Origin: Octopus bimaculoides
Lineage: Eukaryota
Assembly: GCF_001194135.2 (NCBI RefSeq)
Contig: NC_068982.1
Span: 101,226,175 to 101,269,496, forward strand
Direction of reading: 5' to 3'
Length of the DNA: 43,322 nt
Shown here piece after piece: positions 1-11,979 of this stretch. Both the position numbers and the translations under genes were made by a program. Below the pieces are notes generated by a model that searched no databases, was not told the origin of the DNA, and saw only the letters and a list, made by a program, of their open reading frames with translations. Position 1 is the stretch's first letter; each line of letters begins with the position of its first letter.

Positions 1-157
1 GGTTTCTTAAACATTCACTTGAACAAAACTGTACAAATCCAAATATATGGTACCCTAGGCATAACACCTACATGAACTTCTAACTTGTTGTCTCTTGAGG
101 TCTCTGGGTGAGACTTGGATCCAACTTGTACAAATGCAAAACAAAAGTCAAACATAA

Positions 158-218
<61 letters not shown>
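1..218 (+). mobile_element. Probable 3' UTR end of a non-LTR retrotransposon with (AAT)n tail (possibly R4/Dong-like)
   Basis: Non-repetitive sequence (..GAGGTCTCTGGGTGAGACTTGG..CAAAAGTCAAACAT) runs directly into a long (AAT)n at about 160-218. No ORF is visible. Clade assignment is inference from the AAT tail only. Confidence 0.4.
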
Positions 219-219
<1 letters not shown>

Positions 220-775
220 AATACCACGCAGTGGCTCTCATGGCTTCTCATCTTAACTGATTGGAAGTATTATCATGTATTTTGTTTTGTCTTGGTATAA
301 AAGATGGGCTACAGTAAATATTCTGCTCAATACCACAGTTGTTTGACCTTAACCAGTTGAGCATGTCACTTGATAGCTGATGATATGTGCATCTCTGATC
401 ACGAGCAGAAGTCGTTGGGGCGCATCATAGCCATGTGCTGAGAGGAATTCTTTGGGGTTTGAATAATTCACCTCTGGAAATATTGGTGTTTCGTTCATAA
501 TCCTTAAACAAACCTTATTCAGGGACCTTTTGAGCGGGATGAGCTACTCGACCTGAAGAAAATTCTAACTGGACCCCACCTGCAAGGTCATGCGCTGTTT
601 ATCTTGATATGAGATCACCATGTCGCGCACATATGGTTGTGATGCATGTGCCTGTTGTACCCTTATCAGACGGATAGTCATGATGGGTATATTGGGCTTC
701 GTATAATTGCACCCCAGTGTCACTTTGATGGCATGCACTGCTCTCTCACTCAATAATAATAATAATAATAATAAT
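219..775 (+). repeat. ~530-bp unclassified interspersed element bracketed by (AAT)n arrays
   Basis: More GC-balanced block starting at the end of one (AAT)n and ending ..GCACTGCTCTCTCACTC followed by (AAT)n 753-775. No credible ORF. Single copy in this window. Confidence 0.4.
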
Positions 776-1100
776 NNNNNNNNNNNNNNNNNNNNNNNNN
801 NNNNNNNNNNNNNNNNNNNNNNNNNNNNNNNNNNNNNNNNNNNNNNNNNNNNNNNNNNNNNNNNNNNNNNNNNNNNNNNNNNNNNNNNNNNNNNNNNNNN
901 NNNNNNNNNNNNNNNNNNNNNNNNNNNNNNNNNNNNNNNNNNNNNNNNNNNNNNNNNNNNNNNNNNNNNNNNNNNNNNNNNNNNNNNNNNNNNNNNNNNN
1001 NNNNNNNNNNNNNNNNNNNNNNNNNNNNNNNNNNNNNNNNNNNNNNNNNNNNNNNNNNNNNNNNNNNNNNNNNNNNNNNNNNNNNNNNNNNNNNNNNNNN

Positions 1101-1161
<61 letters not shown>

Positions 1162-2209
1162 ATGTGTATGTGCAAGCTTGCATACACAACAAGGGCCAGA
1201 GAATAAATTACAAGAAATATAAGAGATATAATAAAACAGAGAGGTTAAAAGAGGGGTATTAAAGAAGTAACATCTTTGTTTTTGCTGTAGTTCGTTATCT
1301 TTATGAATGTCTATATGTTTTTCTCAACATTTCGACCTGTCTTAATTGTAAAAGGAAACATAATAATGCGCACTCAAAGTCTAAAATCGCCCCACCATCA
1401 ACTTCAAAAACGCAAGTTGCAAAGAAGTATAAGGACTTTTATCACCGCAATAGGATATTACTGAGACAGCGGAGAATTTATTATAGCTACATAAACAGCA
1501 TAGACATAAAAGAAAAACAAAGATGACATAAAATTAATAGTTAAAAAGGTTTTTGAGATTTAAATCGAGATTAAAACAGAAAATTCGAATAAAAGAAGAA
1601 AGTACTATATGAAAGTGAAAAATGAAATAAAATAAAATAAAATAAACAGAAAAGAGAGAACGAAAGAAATGAAATTCCATAGAAATTTTGGTTGAAGGAA
1701 TTACTGTTCTAAAAGCAATAAAACAAATTTCCATTTGTAGAAACAACTATTCTTGGCAGTTATATATACAAACAAGTGTTTCTTTTAGTTTCTTGTCATA
1801 CAAGTAAGTATTTATAAATATCTCGTAAGAAAGAGGAATCTCGTTCAATCTTATTTTATAAGGTTATGTAATAAAATTTTTGCATTTATCTCTCGATGAT
1901 ACACCGAGGGGTCCATGAGATGAGGCTTGTGCTAATATAACATGGTTGACTTGTATATGAAAGCATTTCTACAAATATTGTCTCGATCCACGCACACCTA
2001 TCCAAATACATATTTAATATACAGAAGTGCTTGTGCGCTTGTGTCTATGATTTAGCACACACACACACACACACAAACACATATATATATTATATATATA
2101 TACACACACTCTATGTAAATATACTTATGTTTTTGGTTTTAAGTACGAAACAGTGTGTCTAATGTGTATGCAGATGTATAGACAGCTTCCTAGAATTATG
2201 TCTACATTC

Positions 2210-2261
<52 letters not shown>

Positions 2262-2418
2262 NNNNNNNNNNNNNNNNNNNNNNNNNNNNNNNNNNNNNNN
2301 NNNNNNNNNNNNNNNNNNNNNNNNNNNNNNNNNNNNNNNNNNNNNNNNNNNNNNNNNNNNNNNNNNNNNNNNNNNNNNNNNNNNNNNNNNNNNNNNNNNN
2401 NNNNNNNNNNNNNNNNNN

Positions 2419-2476
<58 letters not shown>

Positions 2477-3145
2477 TATAAACAAATACACAAAACACAA
2501 GCATATATGTAAGAATTCATACTCTCTCTCTCACACACACATACACACACACACACACACATAAACACAACACACACACACATGTATGTACGTATTCATA
2601 TATTTATCAATAAAACCACACAGTTCGAAAGTGAAGGCAAAAGCTGTCTATTGTTATCTTAATACGAGAAATATTACTGTCTTCTGCTGAAGAAGACAAT
2701 TAATTTCAAGAGATCCAAATGTGATACAGCACTTAAAACTCTTAAAACTTGATTCTGTTCGCTATTCAAATACGGAATATCAATAGTTATTTCTAATGAC
2801 TAATTCAAATGTATCTTTATATATGTATATATAAACACACACACACATATATATATAATTTCCTCTCTTCTACTACTCTCTATTTTGCAAACGCTCACCT
2901 ATAAATGCATACGCATATAAATACATACATACATTTACAGGCACACACATATGTATGTGCGTGCGTGTGTATGTATATAAACACACACACACATATATGT
3001 CGTTAACCCACGTTCTTCGCATGAATATATAAATGTGCACACTGGAATATACAATCAGATATTAAAATCCTTACTTTTCCAAACAATACATTAACAAATA
3101 CAAGGTGTTCAGAAAGTCCCTGCGCAGTTGTACACACGCGCACCC

Positions 3146-3176
<31 letters not shown>

Positions 3177-3699
3177 NNNNNNNNNNNNNNNNNNNNNNNN
3201 NNNNNNNNNNNNNNNNNNNNNNNNNNNNNNNNNNNNNNNNNNNNNNNNNNNNNNNNNNNNNNNNNNNNNNNNNNNNNNNNNNNNNNNNNNNNNNNNNNNN
3301 NNNNNNNNNNNNNNNNNNNNNNNNNNNNNNNNNNNNNNNNNNNNNNNNNNNNNNNNNNNNNNNNNNNNNNNNNNNNNNNNNNNNNNNNNNNNNNNNNNNN
3401 NNNNNNNNNNNNNNNNNNNNNNNNNNNNNNNNNNNNNNNNNNNNNNNNNNNNNNNNNNNNNNNNNNNNNNNNNNNNNNNNNNNNNNNNNNNNNNNNNNNN
3501 NNNNNNNNNNNNNNNNNNNNNNNNNNNNNNNNNNNNNNNNNNNNNNNNNNNNNNNNNNNNNNNNNNNNNNNNNNNNNNNNNNNNNNNNNNNNNNNNNNNN
3601 NNNNNNNNNNNNNNNNNNNNNNNNNNNNNNNNNNNNNNNNNNNNNNNNNNNNNNNNNNNNNNNNNNNNNNNNNNNNNNNNNNNNNNNNNNNNNNNNNNN

Positions 3700-3776
<77 letters not shown>

Positions 3777-3858
3777 TATATATATACACATATATATACA
3801 TATATATACACATATATATACGTATATACACACACATATATATATACATATATATATG

Positions 3859-3893
<35 letters not shown>

Positions 3894-3967
3894 CGTCTAC
3901 CTGGATGTTTTGTCCCTTTCTTGTATCACCTAACTGTCTTGATGTTTTGCGTTCTTGTCCCATTCTG

Positions 3968-4010
<43 letters not shown>

Positions 4011-4049
4011 GATCTCACGTGTGTGCGTGTTGTGTGTGTTGTGTGTCTG

Positions 4050-4230
4050 TGTTTGCCACCCTCCAACGCTTGACAACTAGTTTTGGTGTGTTTACGTCCC
4101 TGTGACAGAAAATGTAGTAAGCTTTAAAAAAAATAACATGTACTAGTGTCGATTCATTCGACTAAAAATTCTTCAAAGCAGTGTTCCAGCATGGCCGCAG
4201 TCTATTGACTAAAACAAGTAAAAGAAAATA
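4050..4230 (+). mobile_element. SINE 3' module (family D here), preceded by a TG-rich spacer
   Basis: CGCTTGACAAC..GTGTGTTTACGTCCC..CCAGCATGGCCGCAGTC..TGACTAAAACAAGTAAAAGA, matching copies at 16.9, 28.4, 41.5 and 43.0 kb. Confidence 0.85.
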
Positions 4231-4328
4231 TGATATTCCTGTGCATCTTTGATGCCAACAGATACCATATACATACATACAACAATGTATATCGTATCTG
4301 TTGGCATCAAAGAGGCACAGGTATATCA
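4231..4328. ncRNA. 98-nt near-perfect hairpin, candidate pri-miRNA or hairpin RNA
   Basis: Arms 4231-4274 and 4285-4328 pair at 41 of 44 positions, including a perfect 20-bp run TCTTTGATGCCAACAGATAC/GTATCTGTTGGCATCAAAGA, with a 10-nt loop. The hairpin is certain; RNA function is inferred. Confidence 0.45.
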
Positions 4329-4520
4329 GACGCACCTTGATTTCAGCAGTGCATATTCAAGAAAAAAAAAACCAACACATTTTGACTGCATTAAATCTCA
4401 TGCGAGGTTCATAGTTGCAGATACGACCTGAGTTTGTTGTTTGAGAAATTTTGGGGAAGGAAAAATGTGCGGTGTCACGTGTCAGACACACACATATGCA
4501 AGTGTTAATCAGAATCAGGA

Positions 4521-4933
4521 AATAATCTTTTCTACTCTAGGAACAATGCCCGAAATTTTTGGGGAGATGGCCAGTCGATTAGATCGACCCCAGTACGCAA
4601 CTGGTACTTAATTTATCGACCCCGAAAAAACGAAAGGCAAAGTCGACCTCGGCGGAATTTGAACTCAGAGCGTACGCTAAGCATTTCGCCCGGCGTGCAA
4701 ACGTTTCTTATTTCTTTATTGCCCACAAGGGGCTAAACATAGAGGGGACAAACAAGGACAGACAAAGGGATTAAGTCAACTACATCGAGCCCAGTGCGTA
4801 ACTGGTACTTAATTTATCGACCCCGAAAGGATGAAAGGATGAAACTCAGAACGTAACGGCAGACGAAATACCTATTTCGTTATTGCCCACAAGGGGCTAA
4901 ACATAGAGGAAACAAACAAGAACAGACGAACGG
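4521..4933 (-). mobile_element. Tandem or nested array of three tRNA-derived SINEs (family B here)
   Basis: Copies 4521-4708, 4709-4872 and 4873-4933 (cut by gap). Two show the core ACTGGTACTTAATTTATCGACCCCGAAA and B-box-like GAATTTGAACTC/GAAACTC; the third shows only the tail. Confidence 0.9.
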
Positions 4934-5244
4934 NNNNNNNNNNNNNNNNNNNNNNNNNNNNNNNNNNNNNNNNNNNNNNNNNNNNNNNNNNNNNNNNNNN
5001 NNNNNNNNNNNNNNNNNNNNNNNNNNNNNNNNNNNNNNNNNNNNNNNNNNNNNNNNNNNNNNNNNNNNNNNNNNNNNNNNNNNNNNNNNNNNNNNNNNNN
5101 NNNNNNNNNNNNNNNNNNNNNNNNNNNNNNNNNNNNNNNNNNNNNNNNNNNNNNNNNNNNNNNNNNNNNNNNNNNNNNNNNNNNNNNNNNNNNNNNNNNN
5201 NNNNNNNNNNNNNNNNNNNNNNNNNNNNNNNNNNNNNNNNNNNN

Positions 5245-5296
<52 letters not shown>

Positions 5297-5534
5297 TGTG
5301 TTTTGTGTGAGTGTGTGAAGGGTTATCTCGTCTAAACGGCAAATAAGCGTCCAGTCGTTCAGTCAACTGAGCAATCTCCTCGTTGTATTAGCTTGTGAAG
5401 AGATTGAGTATCTCACACACACACACATACACTTAATGTAAATCTCAAGTAGAATCACAATGGCGTTCAATAACCCAGTTTCAATCACAAGGCTTCAGTA
5501 AACTTGAAGCTTCGGTAAAAGTAGTTTACAGACA

Positions 5535-5589
<55 letters not shown>

Positions 5590-5590
<1 letters not shown>

Positions 5591-5662
5591 GCAACACAAC
5601 GGAATTGAGCTCAAGACCTCATGATTGCGAAGTGAACCTCCCAACCATTCGGCCAGGTATGC
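5590..5662 (-). mobile_element. Degraded tRNA-like SINE head fragment
   Basis: Minus strand reads TGGCCGAATGGTTGGGAGG..GTCTTGAGCTCAATTCC, i.e. A-box-like and B-box-like motifs at tRNA spacing. Confidence 0.5.
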
Positions 5663-6375
5663 GTTTGTGTGTGTGTATGTGAGGAAGCGTGAAAGAGGTT
5701 CAGAGGTAGTGGCGGGGGGAGATTGTTTTGAGAGTTAATGTGTATTAGTAGTGTAAGACTAATGTAACTGGAGAAGAGTAAGTGACAAGTAACATAAGAC
5801 TTTAGTAATTAATAGGAACTTTGTTTTGTTCTGTTAAGAAAAACAAAGCAATTATGAAGTATGAACAAAATTGTATAAACGAACGGATGATAATGGAAAC
5901 TACATAGTAAGAATGCACCCTGGTAAGTGACGGGTGAGGGTTTGGTTTTTGTAGTTAGCATCATGTGTTTCTGCTGAAATATACGATAAACTTACGTACC
6001 ATGGGTACTTAATTAGAGGTGACCTAGGAGTAAACAACAACTACTTCAGAAAAGATTGTAATAGCTTTATCGTAGCAATGATACTGTTGGCTGCCATTTT
6101 GCGTATCGTAAAGAGAATGGCGAGCTGAGTAAATAAGAAGAAAACATTATTCTCCTATTCAATAGTTAACTTGTATTGGAGAGAGTTAAATGCAGGATCA
6201 GTGCTAAACCTATCATTACAATTTTTCGCAAAAAAAAAAGAATAGAGTAAAAATATAAACAAAATGAAACCCTAAGTTTTCAGTTTCTTCCTCTAAGCTT
6301 TAATTGCTACCAAACAAATATCTCAAATATTAATAATACAACTTCTTTCTCTCATAATATAATATAATATAATAT

Positions 6376-6410
6376 ATTAGCAATGCACCCCGACGTTGCT
6401 CGGGTGTTAT
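6376..6410 (-). mobile_element. Probable Helitron-type 3' terminus
   Basis: Minus strand: GC-rich hairpin CACCCGA-GCAACG-TCGGGGTG, then CATTG, then CTAAT (one change from CTAGT), next to a (TATAA)n run. This matches the hairpin+CTRR Helitron end rule. Confidence 0.55.
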
Positions 6411-6494
6411 GCCCTACAACCACATTGTATAATTTGTTCCTTTCTTGTGGACAGAATCGGCACACGAGGAGTATGAAGCAAACAACTCTTCTTT

Positions 6495-6654
6495 ATAAAC
6501 GCTGCAGTTTCCGTCTACCAAATTCAGTCACAAGTCTGTGGTCAGCCGAAGGCTATAGTAGAAAACACTTGTCCAAGGTATCATCCAGAGGAACTGAACG
6601 TAGAATTATGTGGTTGGGAAGCAAACTTTTCAACCACACGGTCATTCTTGTACC
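6495..6654 (-). mobile_element. tRNA-derived SINE 5' module (family A here)
   Basis: CAGTTTCCGTCTACCAAATTCAGTCACAAG..GGCTATAGTAGAAAACACTTGTCCAAGG, homologous to 28683-28837 and 42829-42989. Confidence 0.85.
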
Positions 6655-7104
6655 TAATATATGTGTGTTTACATTTGTGTCCTGCTATGTCTCAAAGTTA
6701 GCAGTTCATCAAGCAGAGATCTATAAAATAAATACCAGATTGAAATACGTACTGAGGTCAGTATGGTCAATTAAACTTTTAAAGGTGATACCCCATCATG
6801 GTGACAGTCAAAAGACTAAACCCAGTAAAATACTGTTTAAAGGCTTTATGGTTTCAAATTTAAGTAAATGGATTACTAACCACAAGATAATGAGTTAAAA
6901 ACTTCGTATGAAACTTCCACTCGATACGATAACACTATATGTACATCTCATTCTACTTGACTTCCAGCAATTAACAATTGTAATTTGAAGTTGGATGTTT
7001 AGCAGTAAGAAAGATGTCTAGATTTCTTTAAAAATTGTGCAAAATATTCTGAGAAAAAGTATTTTTTCACTACAACAAAACACACATACACATACAGGTG
7101 TGTC

Positions 7105-7262
7105 TGTCGTAACTTGAGCTACTACAAATAGCAGCTAAATCTCTCTTAAAACACACCCTTTCATAAAAAGAAACAAATTTACAGCGTTTCAGGAAGAAAA
7201 AATACCCAAAACTATGCAATGGGTCTGCTACATCAAAGGCAACTGTGGGCTAAACAAAACAC
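7105..7262 (+). mobile_element. Interspersed repeat family E (SINE-like, CAA-rich tail), degraded
   Basis: CAAATAGCAGCTAAATCTCTCTTAAAACACACCC..TGGGCTAAACAAAAC, shared with 18.2, 33.2 and 35.0 kb copies. Confidence 0.65.
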
Positions 7263-7590
7263 AGACAAACATACTTCACATTAAAAGATTATCTACTAAA
7301 CAGTATAATAAAATTGACAGTATATCTTCGAAGTTTCATTCCCAGGTAAAACTTCATATATTTTAAACATTTTCTCATTATGCTCTATGTAAGACATAAA
7401 AATTGTGGAGGCAGAGTTGCTTCCCTTAACTAAAAACCTCAAAATTGTGCGACTCGATCTCGTTTGTGAGGTTATTCTTATAGTAAAAAAGAATTGTGCA
7501 AAAGACGCCTCATTTGGTAGCTGAAAGATTACTGAATCTTTAGATACCTCATACGTCAAAATCGGCAACTCAGTTTTCGAATCCATGAGG

Positions 7591-7673
<83 letters not shown>

Positions 7674-7675
7674 TT

Positions 7676-7706
<31 letters not shown>

Positions 7707-8122
7707 CTGTCTTATATATACATATAGATTAAACAAATAAAACATCATCTGTTTTTTGCTTCAGCTTTTCCTCTTCATCAATTTTTGTTTCTTTCATTTG
7801 TAAGTATCTCGAATGACGCAATTCATTGTCGAGGCCAATGAATAGAAGTATTGGCGTATAATTAATATATTAAGGACATATTAAATATCTATAAATAAAT
7901 ATACGCCTGCGTTTTTACTCTATGTATTGCAGACATAGTATATCTATCATAATAAATAAATAAATATACGCGTGCGGTTGTACTCAAAATAAATTTGGAT
8001 AGTTAATGAATCAAATATGCTAGAGAAGTTTTAATCGCAATTAATTTTTCTACGATACTGTGTTGATAATCAGTCGCTACGAAAATTTCAAAATAATGTT
8101 TCGATAGCTTAAGCATCCCACT

Positions 8123-8290
8123 GGTGCAGGCATGGGTGTGGGATTGAGAAGCACGCTTTGCAACCCTGCGGTTTTGAGTTCGGTCCCACTGCGTGACACT
8201 CTCAACAAGTGCTTTCTACTATAGCTGCATCAATGTCTTGTAAGTGAGTGAATTTGATAGACGGAAACTGTGTTGAAGCTCGTCGTATTT
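8123..8290 (+). mobile_element. tRNA-derived SINE family A, followed by (TA)n
   Basis: GGTGCAGGCATGGGTGTGG head, GAGTTCGGTCCC B-box-like motif, CAAGTGCTTTCTACTATAGC core, GATAGACGGAAACTG..CTCGTCGTAT end. Confidence 0.85.
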
Positions 8291-8496
8291 ATATATATAT
8301 GTACATATATATATATACTTATATATATATATATATNNNNNNNNNNNNNNNNNNNNNNNNNNNNNNNNNNNNNNNNNNNNNNNNNNNNNNNNNNNNNNNN
8401 NNNNNNNNNNNNNNNNNNNNNNNNNNNNNNNNNNNNNNNNNNNNNNNNNNNNNNNNNNNNNNNNNNNNNNNNNNNNNNNNNNNNNNNNNNNNNNNN

Positions 8497-8800
8497 TACA
8501 CACCATACTAATCATGTCTGTCAGGCATGTGGAAGGGAGTGTGATTCAACAGGAGGACTTAAACGACACGCAAAGGTACATGGAGCCCAATTACAACAAA
8601 AGCCAGCTATTGCCAGTAAAGGTTTTGGATGCCAACTCTGTGCAAGACATTGTCGATCTTTGGCTGGGCTAAAAAGTCACATTCGATCACAGCACCGTTA
8701 AGTTAAGCTTCGTGTAATGGCCATACTCGATAACGAGGGGGCAGCCATCATGTATGTATGTATGTATGTATGTATGTATGTATGTATGTATGTATGTATG
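8497..8800 (+). mobile_element. 3' end of a LINE (RTE-like): ORF C-terminus with two C2H2 fingers, short 3' UTR, (TGTA)n tail
   Basis: Frame ending TAA at 8699-8701: CQACGRECDSTGGLKRHAKVH and CQLCARHCRSLAGLKSHIRSQH. About 49-nt UTR (GGCCATACTCGATAACGAGGGGGCAGCCATCA), then (TGTA)n 8751-8800. No TGEKP linker. The 5' part is lost in an N-gap. Confidence 0.75.
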
Positions 8801-10874
8801 AATATGAGTACAGTATTTAAATGAATGTGAATGTGTGAATGCAATGCAATTGGAAATACGTTGTATATATTTTGCTTGCATCTGATAATACACTCCATCT
8901 GTTTAAAGTTTGGTCTTTGAGTTTATGATTCATGTACTTCTGATGATGGCTTTTCAACCTCTCTGTGATTCTCATGAAATTACTAAATGATGGCCCTATT
9001 GACCAGCTTAAAAAACCAAGGCCTATTTATAAAAGAAAACCGCCAATTCATCCGAAACATGTTTGTTTTAAAGGTTGTTTTTTTTTTAATTTGTGATTGA
9101 TGTAATTTTTTCTTTTAATGACTCCACCCAACAAAAGTTAGTTGTTATAGTAGTTGCACTATTTTTGAATAATTTTTTTTTGTTATTTTCTTTTATTTCA
9201 TTTTAATTTCAAGTAAAATTACAACTTGCGGCAAGTTAAATAAATAGCTTAAAATAACTTAAAATAATTTAAAATGATGTAGAAATAAAATTAAAATACC
9301 AAAACAATTACAGAAACAAAAAAAAAAATTATATTAAAAAAAATAAAACAAATTCGATCGAAAAGATGAAATTAAAAATCAGAAACAAAAATATAAATAA
9401 TCAAATAGAAATATGAAATAAAAAGAAACCCAATTGATTTTGTACTTCCCTCCTACTTTACAAAGATTTCTTTTATAGTTTTCTTTTCTTTCTTTCTGTT
9501 CCGTTTCAAACGATTCCTCAAGTATCTCTTATTGAATAATAATAATGATAATAATAATAATAATAATAATTTTTTAAGATATAAAAATTGGGAAAAAGTG
9601 GAAAAAAAATTCTTTGTATAGGCAAGACCTCCAGAAGGAGATACATTATTATTATTTTTTTCTTCCCGCATGCAAGCTTCTCAGCATTCTTCTGGAAGTT
9701 ACTACTAAGTTGCCACCACAGTGATACACTTCCTGCCACAAAAGAACCATTCACCACCACCACCAACAACAACAACAACAACAATGACAGCTCCACCAGC
9801 ACCACCGCCATCACTACAACCTCCAACACCACCCAAAACAACCAATATATCCACCCCACTTGTCTTCCTTCCACTTTACAAAACCCATTCACAATATCCA
9901 TACCTTCTTGCCATCATTTCCATACGTCCCACTTCAAACAATATCCTATTCTATGTTGAAGCTTAATAAAGCATTTAAAAAGAAATAACAAAAGAAGAAA
10001 AAAAAAACAAGAACAAAAACGGAAAACTAACAAAACAAAATCGCGATCACCGCCGCCGTCATTACCATCTAATGCAATAACAACAAGAACTAACCAAAAA
10101 ACCAAAACCCGTATGTAAAACCTCCAAGAACATCAATTCCTGTTTCCTTTCATGTTTGAGTTTCCGCTTTTTTCCCTCCTCTATGTTTCCGATTAAGTCA
10201 ACCATATGACACATTACAATCCGCTTTTACACAAGCACACACCCACCTAATTTATATATATGTATATATGTTCACACACATAACAAAACGACATATTCGT
10301 TGATTAGTTAGGTTAAAGCATTACTTTAAAAAAACAAAAAAAAAACAAAAAAAAAACATTGTTTTGCAACTGGTTTCGGCGGTCGGGAATGTAGAACGGT
10401 AACAGACACTAACAGCAACGAAAGAAACTCCTACAAATTCCTTTTTAGCAAGGATTGACAAATTTAGCAGCTGCCAAGAGTTATTCAAATAAGACTTCCA
10501 GTGTGAGCATGTTTTCATAGCTGGACCATATCTTAGCTAAGTTTGTCCTGGTGGCTTGTAATAACAATAGAAAACTAAATCTTTTGCTTTGATTATTAGC
10601 GGTGTTTTTCCCTATCCTAAAACAACTATAACTTCCTCTTATAACAATTTTTCTCTCAAAAATTTCAGAATGTTCCCATTTCCACCTTGAAAGAACATTG
10701 CAATGTGTAATGTTACTCTAAACATATGGACAATCTCCGACAAGTTCATTTCATTTAGGTTGCTAATCCATGAGAGAAATGCATCAACATCCCAACTTAA
10801 CATTCCTTTTACGTCAGAAATATAAGATCTTTTATTAAAATAAACCAGAAAGTGGTAAAACACTTCGTGGACGA

Positions 10875-10960
10875 AACGAACCGATCGAGTGACCTCTACG
10901 GGGTCGGTCCATCTGTCAGTTAAAAACAACAGCAAAATCTCTTTCTGTCTTTAAAAAAAG
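10875..10960 (+). mobile_element. Family E fragment (5' part)
   Basis: GAGTGACCTCTAC..AAACAACAGCAAAATCTCTTTC resembles the E motif CTAGAAATAGCAGCCAAATCTCC and its upstream segment. Confidence 0.4.
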
Positions 10961-11979
10961 AAGCATATTGTCGATATACAATGCTTGAGAAAGGACGAGT
11001 TACTTACAAATGAAGCTCCTTTGATTATAAGAGTTTTCAATCCAGGTCGATGGCTCCAAATATTAACTCACGAGAAGAGGGTTGTTGTTTAAGAAAAATG
11101 AGATGAGGTTTCAGAGAACCAGCTACCGCCAGTTAACTACATTTCTGTAAACTTTAGTACAAGATTACATATTTTAAAGTAGTGATCTTTTGATTATATA
11201 GACTTCAGAACATAACTTGTATTTAATTTATCGATCGCACTGGAAGAATAAAAGGCAGTACCGACATCAATGTGATTAAAATTAAAGAACGTAAACAGAT
11301 ACAGAGTGAACAGTATTTTTATCTGACCACTAACCGACTGTTTTCGAATTCTGTTAAGTAATACTAAGTTTTGCTTTTTACTCTGAAGAGACTAATGTTC
11401 TGAAGTATACGTGGAAAACAGATCCTCACATTGTCGGTATTTGTTGTTCGACAATGGATGAAAAACAAACCGATTCCCGTAAGAATGTGGATAAAAATCT
11501 TTATCATTTTTATTGAGTTTTGACTTGATTTGGTTGAGTATTTAAGAGGATGCCAAAGCGAACAACTTTTCACTAACATCTATCTTGGTCTCTCTCAGTC
11601 CCAAGCAAATTTTATGCTTGCAGGTGCATGACCCGTGAACTGGGATAGAAGAGGACACGAAACTGTGCACCAGAAGACAGGGCAGCATCCCAAAACATTA
11701 TCCTCTTTCCACTCCTATCTGGTGTTGAATCAACATTAGAAGTTATTTTTAAGTTGTACCCTCTGTCAAACAGCGACACTTCGTTTAAAAGAATATACAA
11801 TCGGAATCGAAGCGAGAAGACGTCTTAAAAGACATCATGATTGAGTTTTTACTCAGATCACGAGATAAAACGAATTCAATCAGTGCTCGAAACCAGTTAG
11901 GAAAATACAGCTCAGCAATCTAGTCATGTTTAACGTAAAAAACATAAGCAAAATATGAGGAAATATATAAGTTGATATT

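Noticed and set aside
1789-1803. Possible 15-nt microexon (TTTTAG|TTTCTTGTCATACAA|GTAAGT)
   Set aside because: Short pyrimidine tract; such matches are expected by chance in 43 kb of AT-rich DNA.
10321-10935. Minus-strand ORFs with faint hAT-transposase-like words (LNEMNLS..QGGNGNIL)
   Set aside because: Spacing does not fit, stops intervene, and part overlaps a family E fragment; not supportable without a search.
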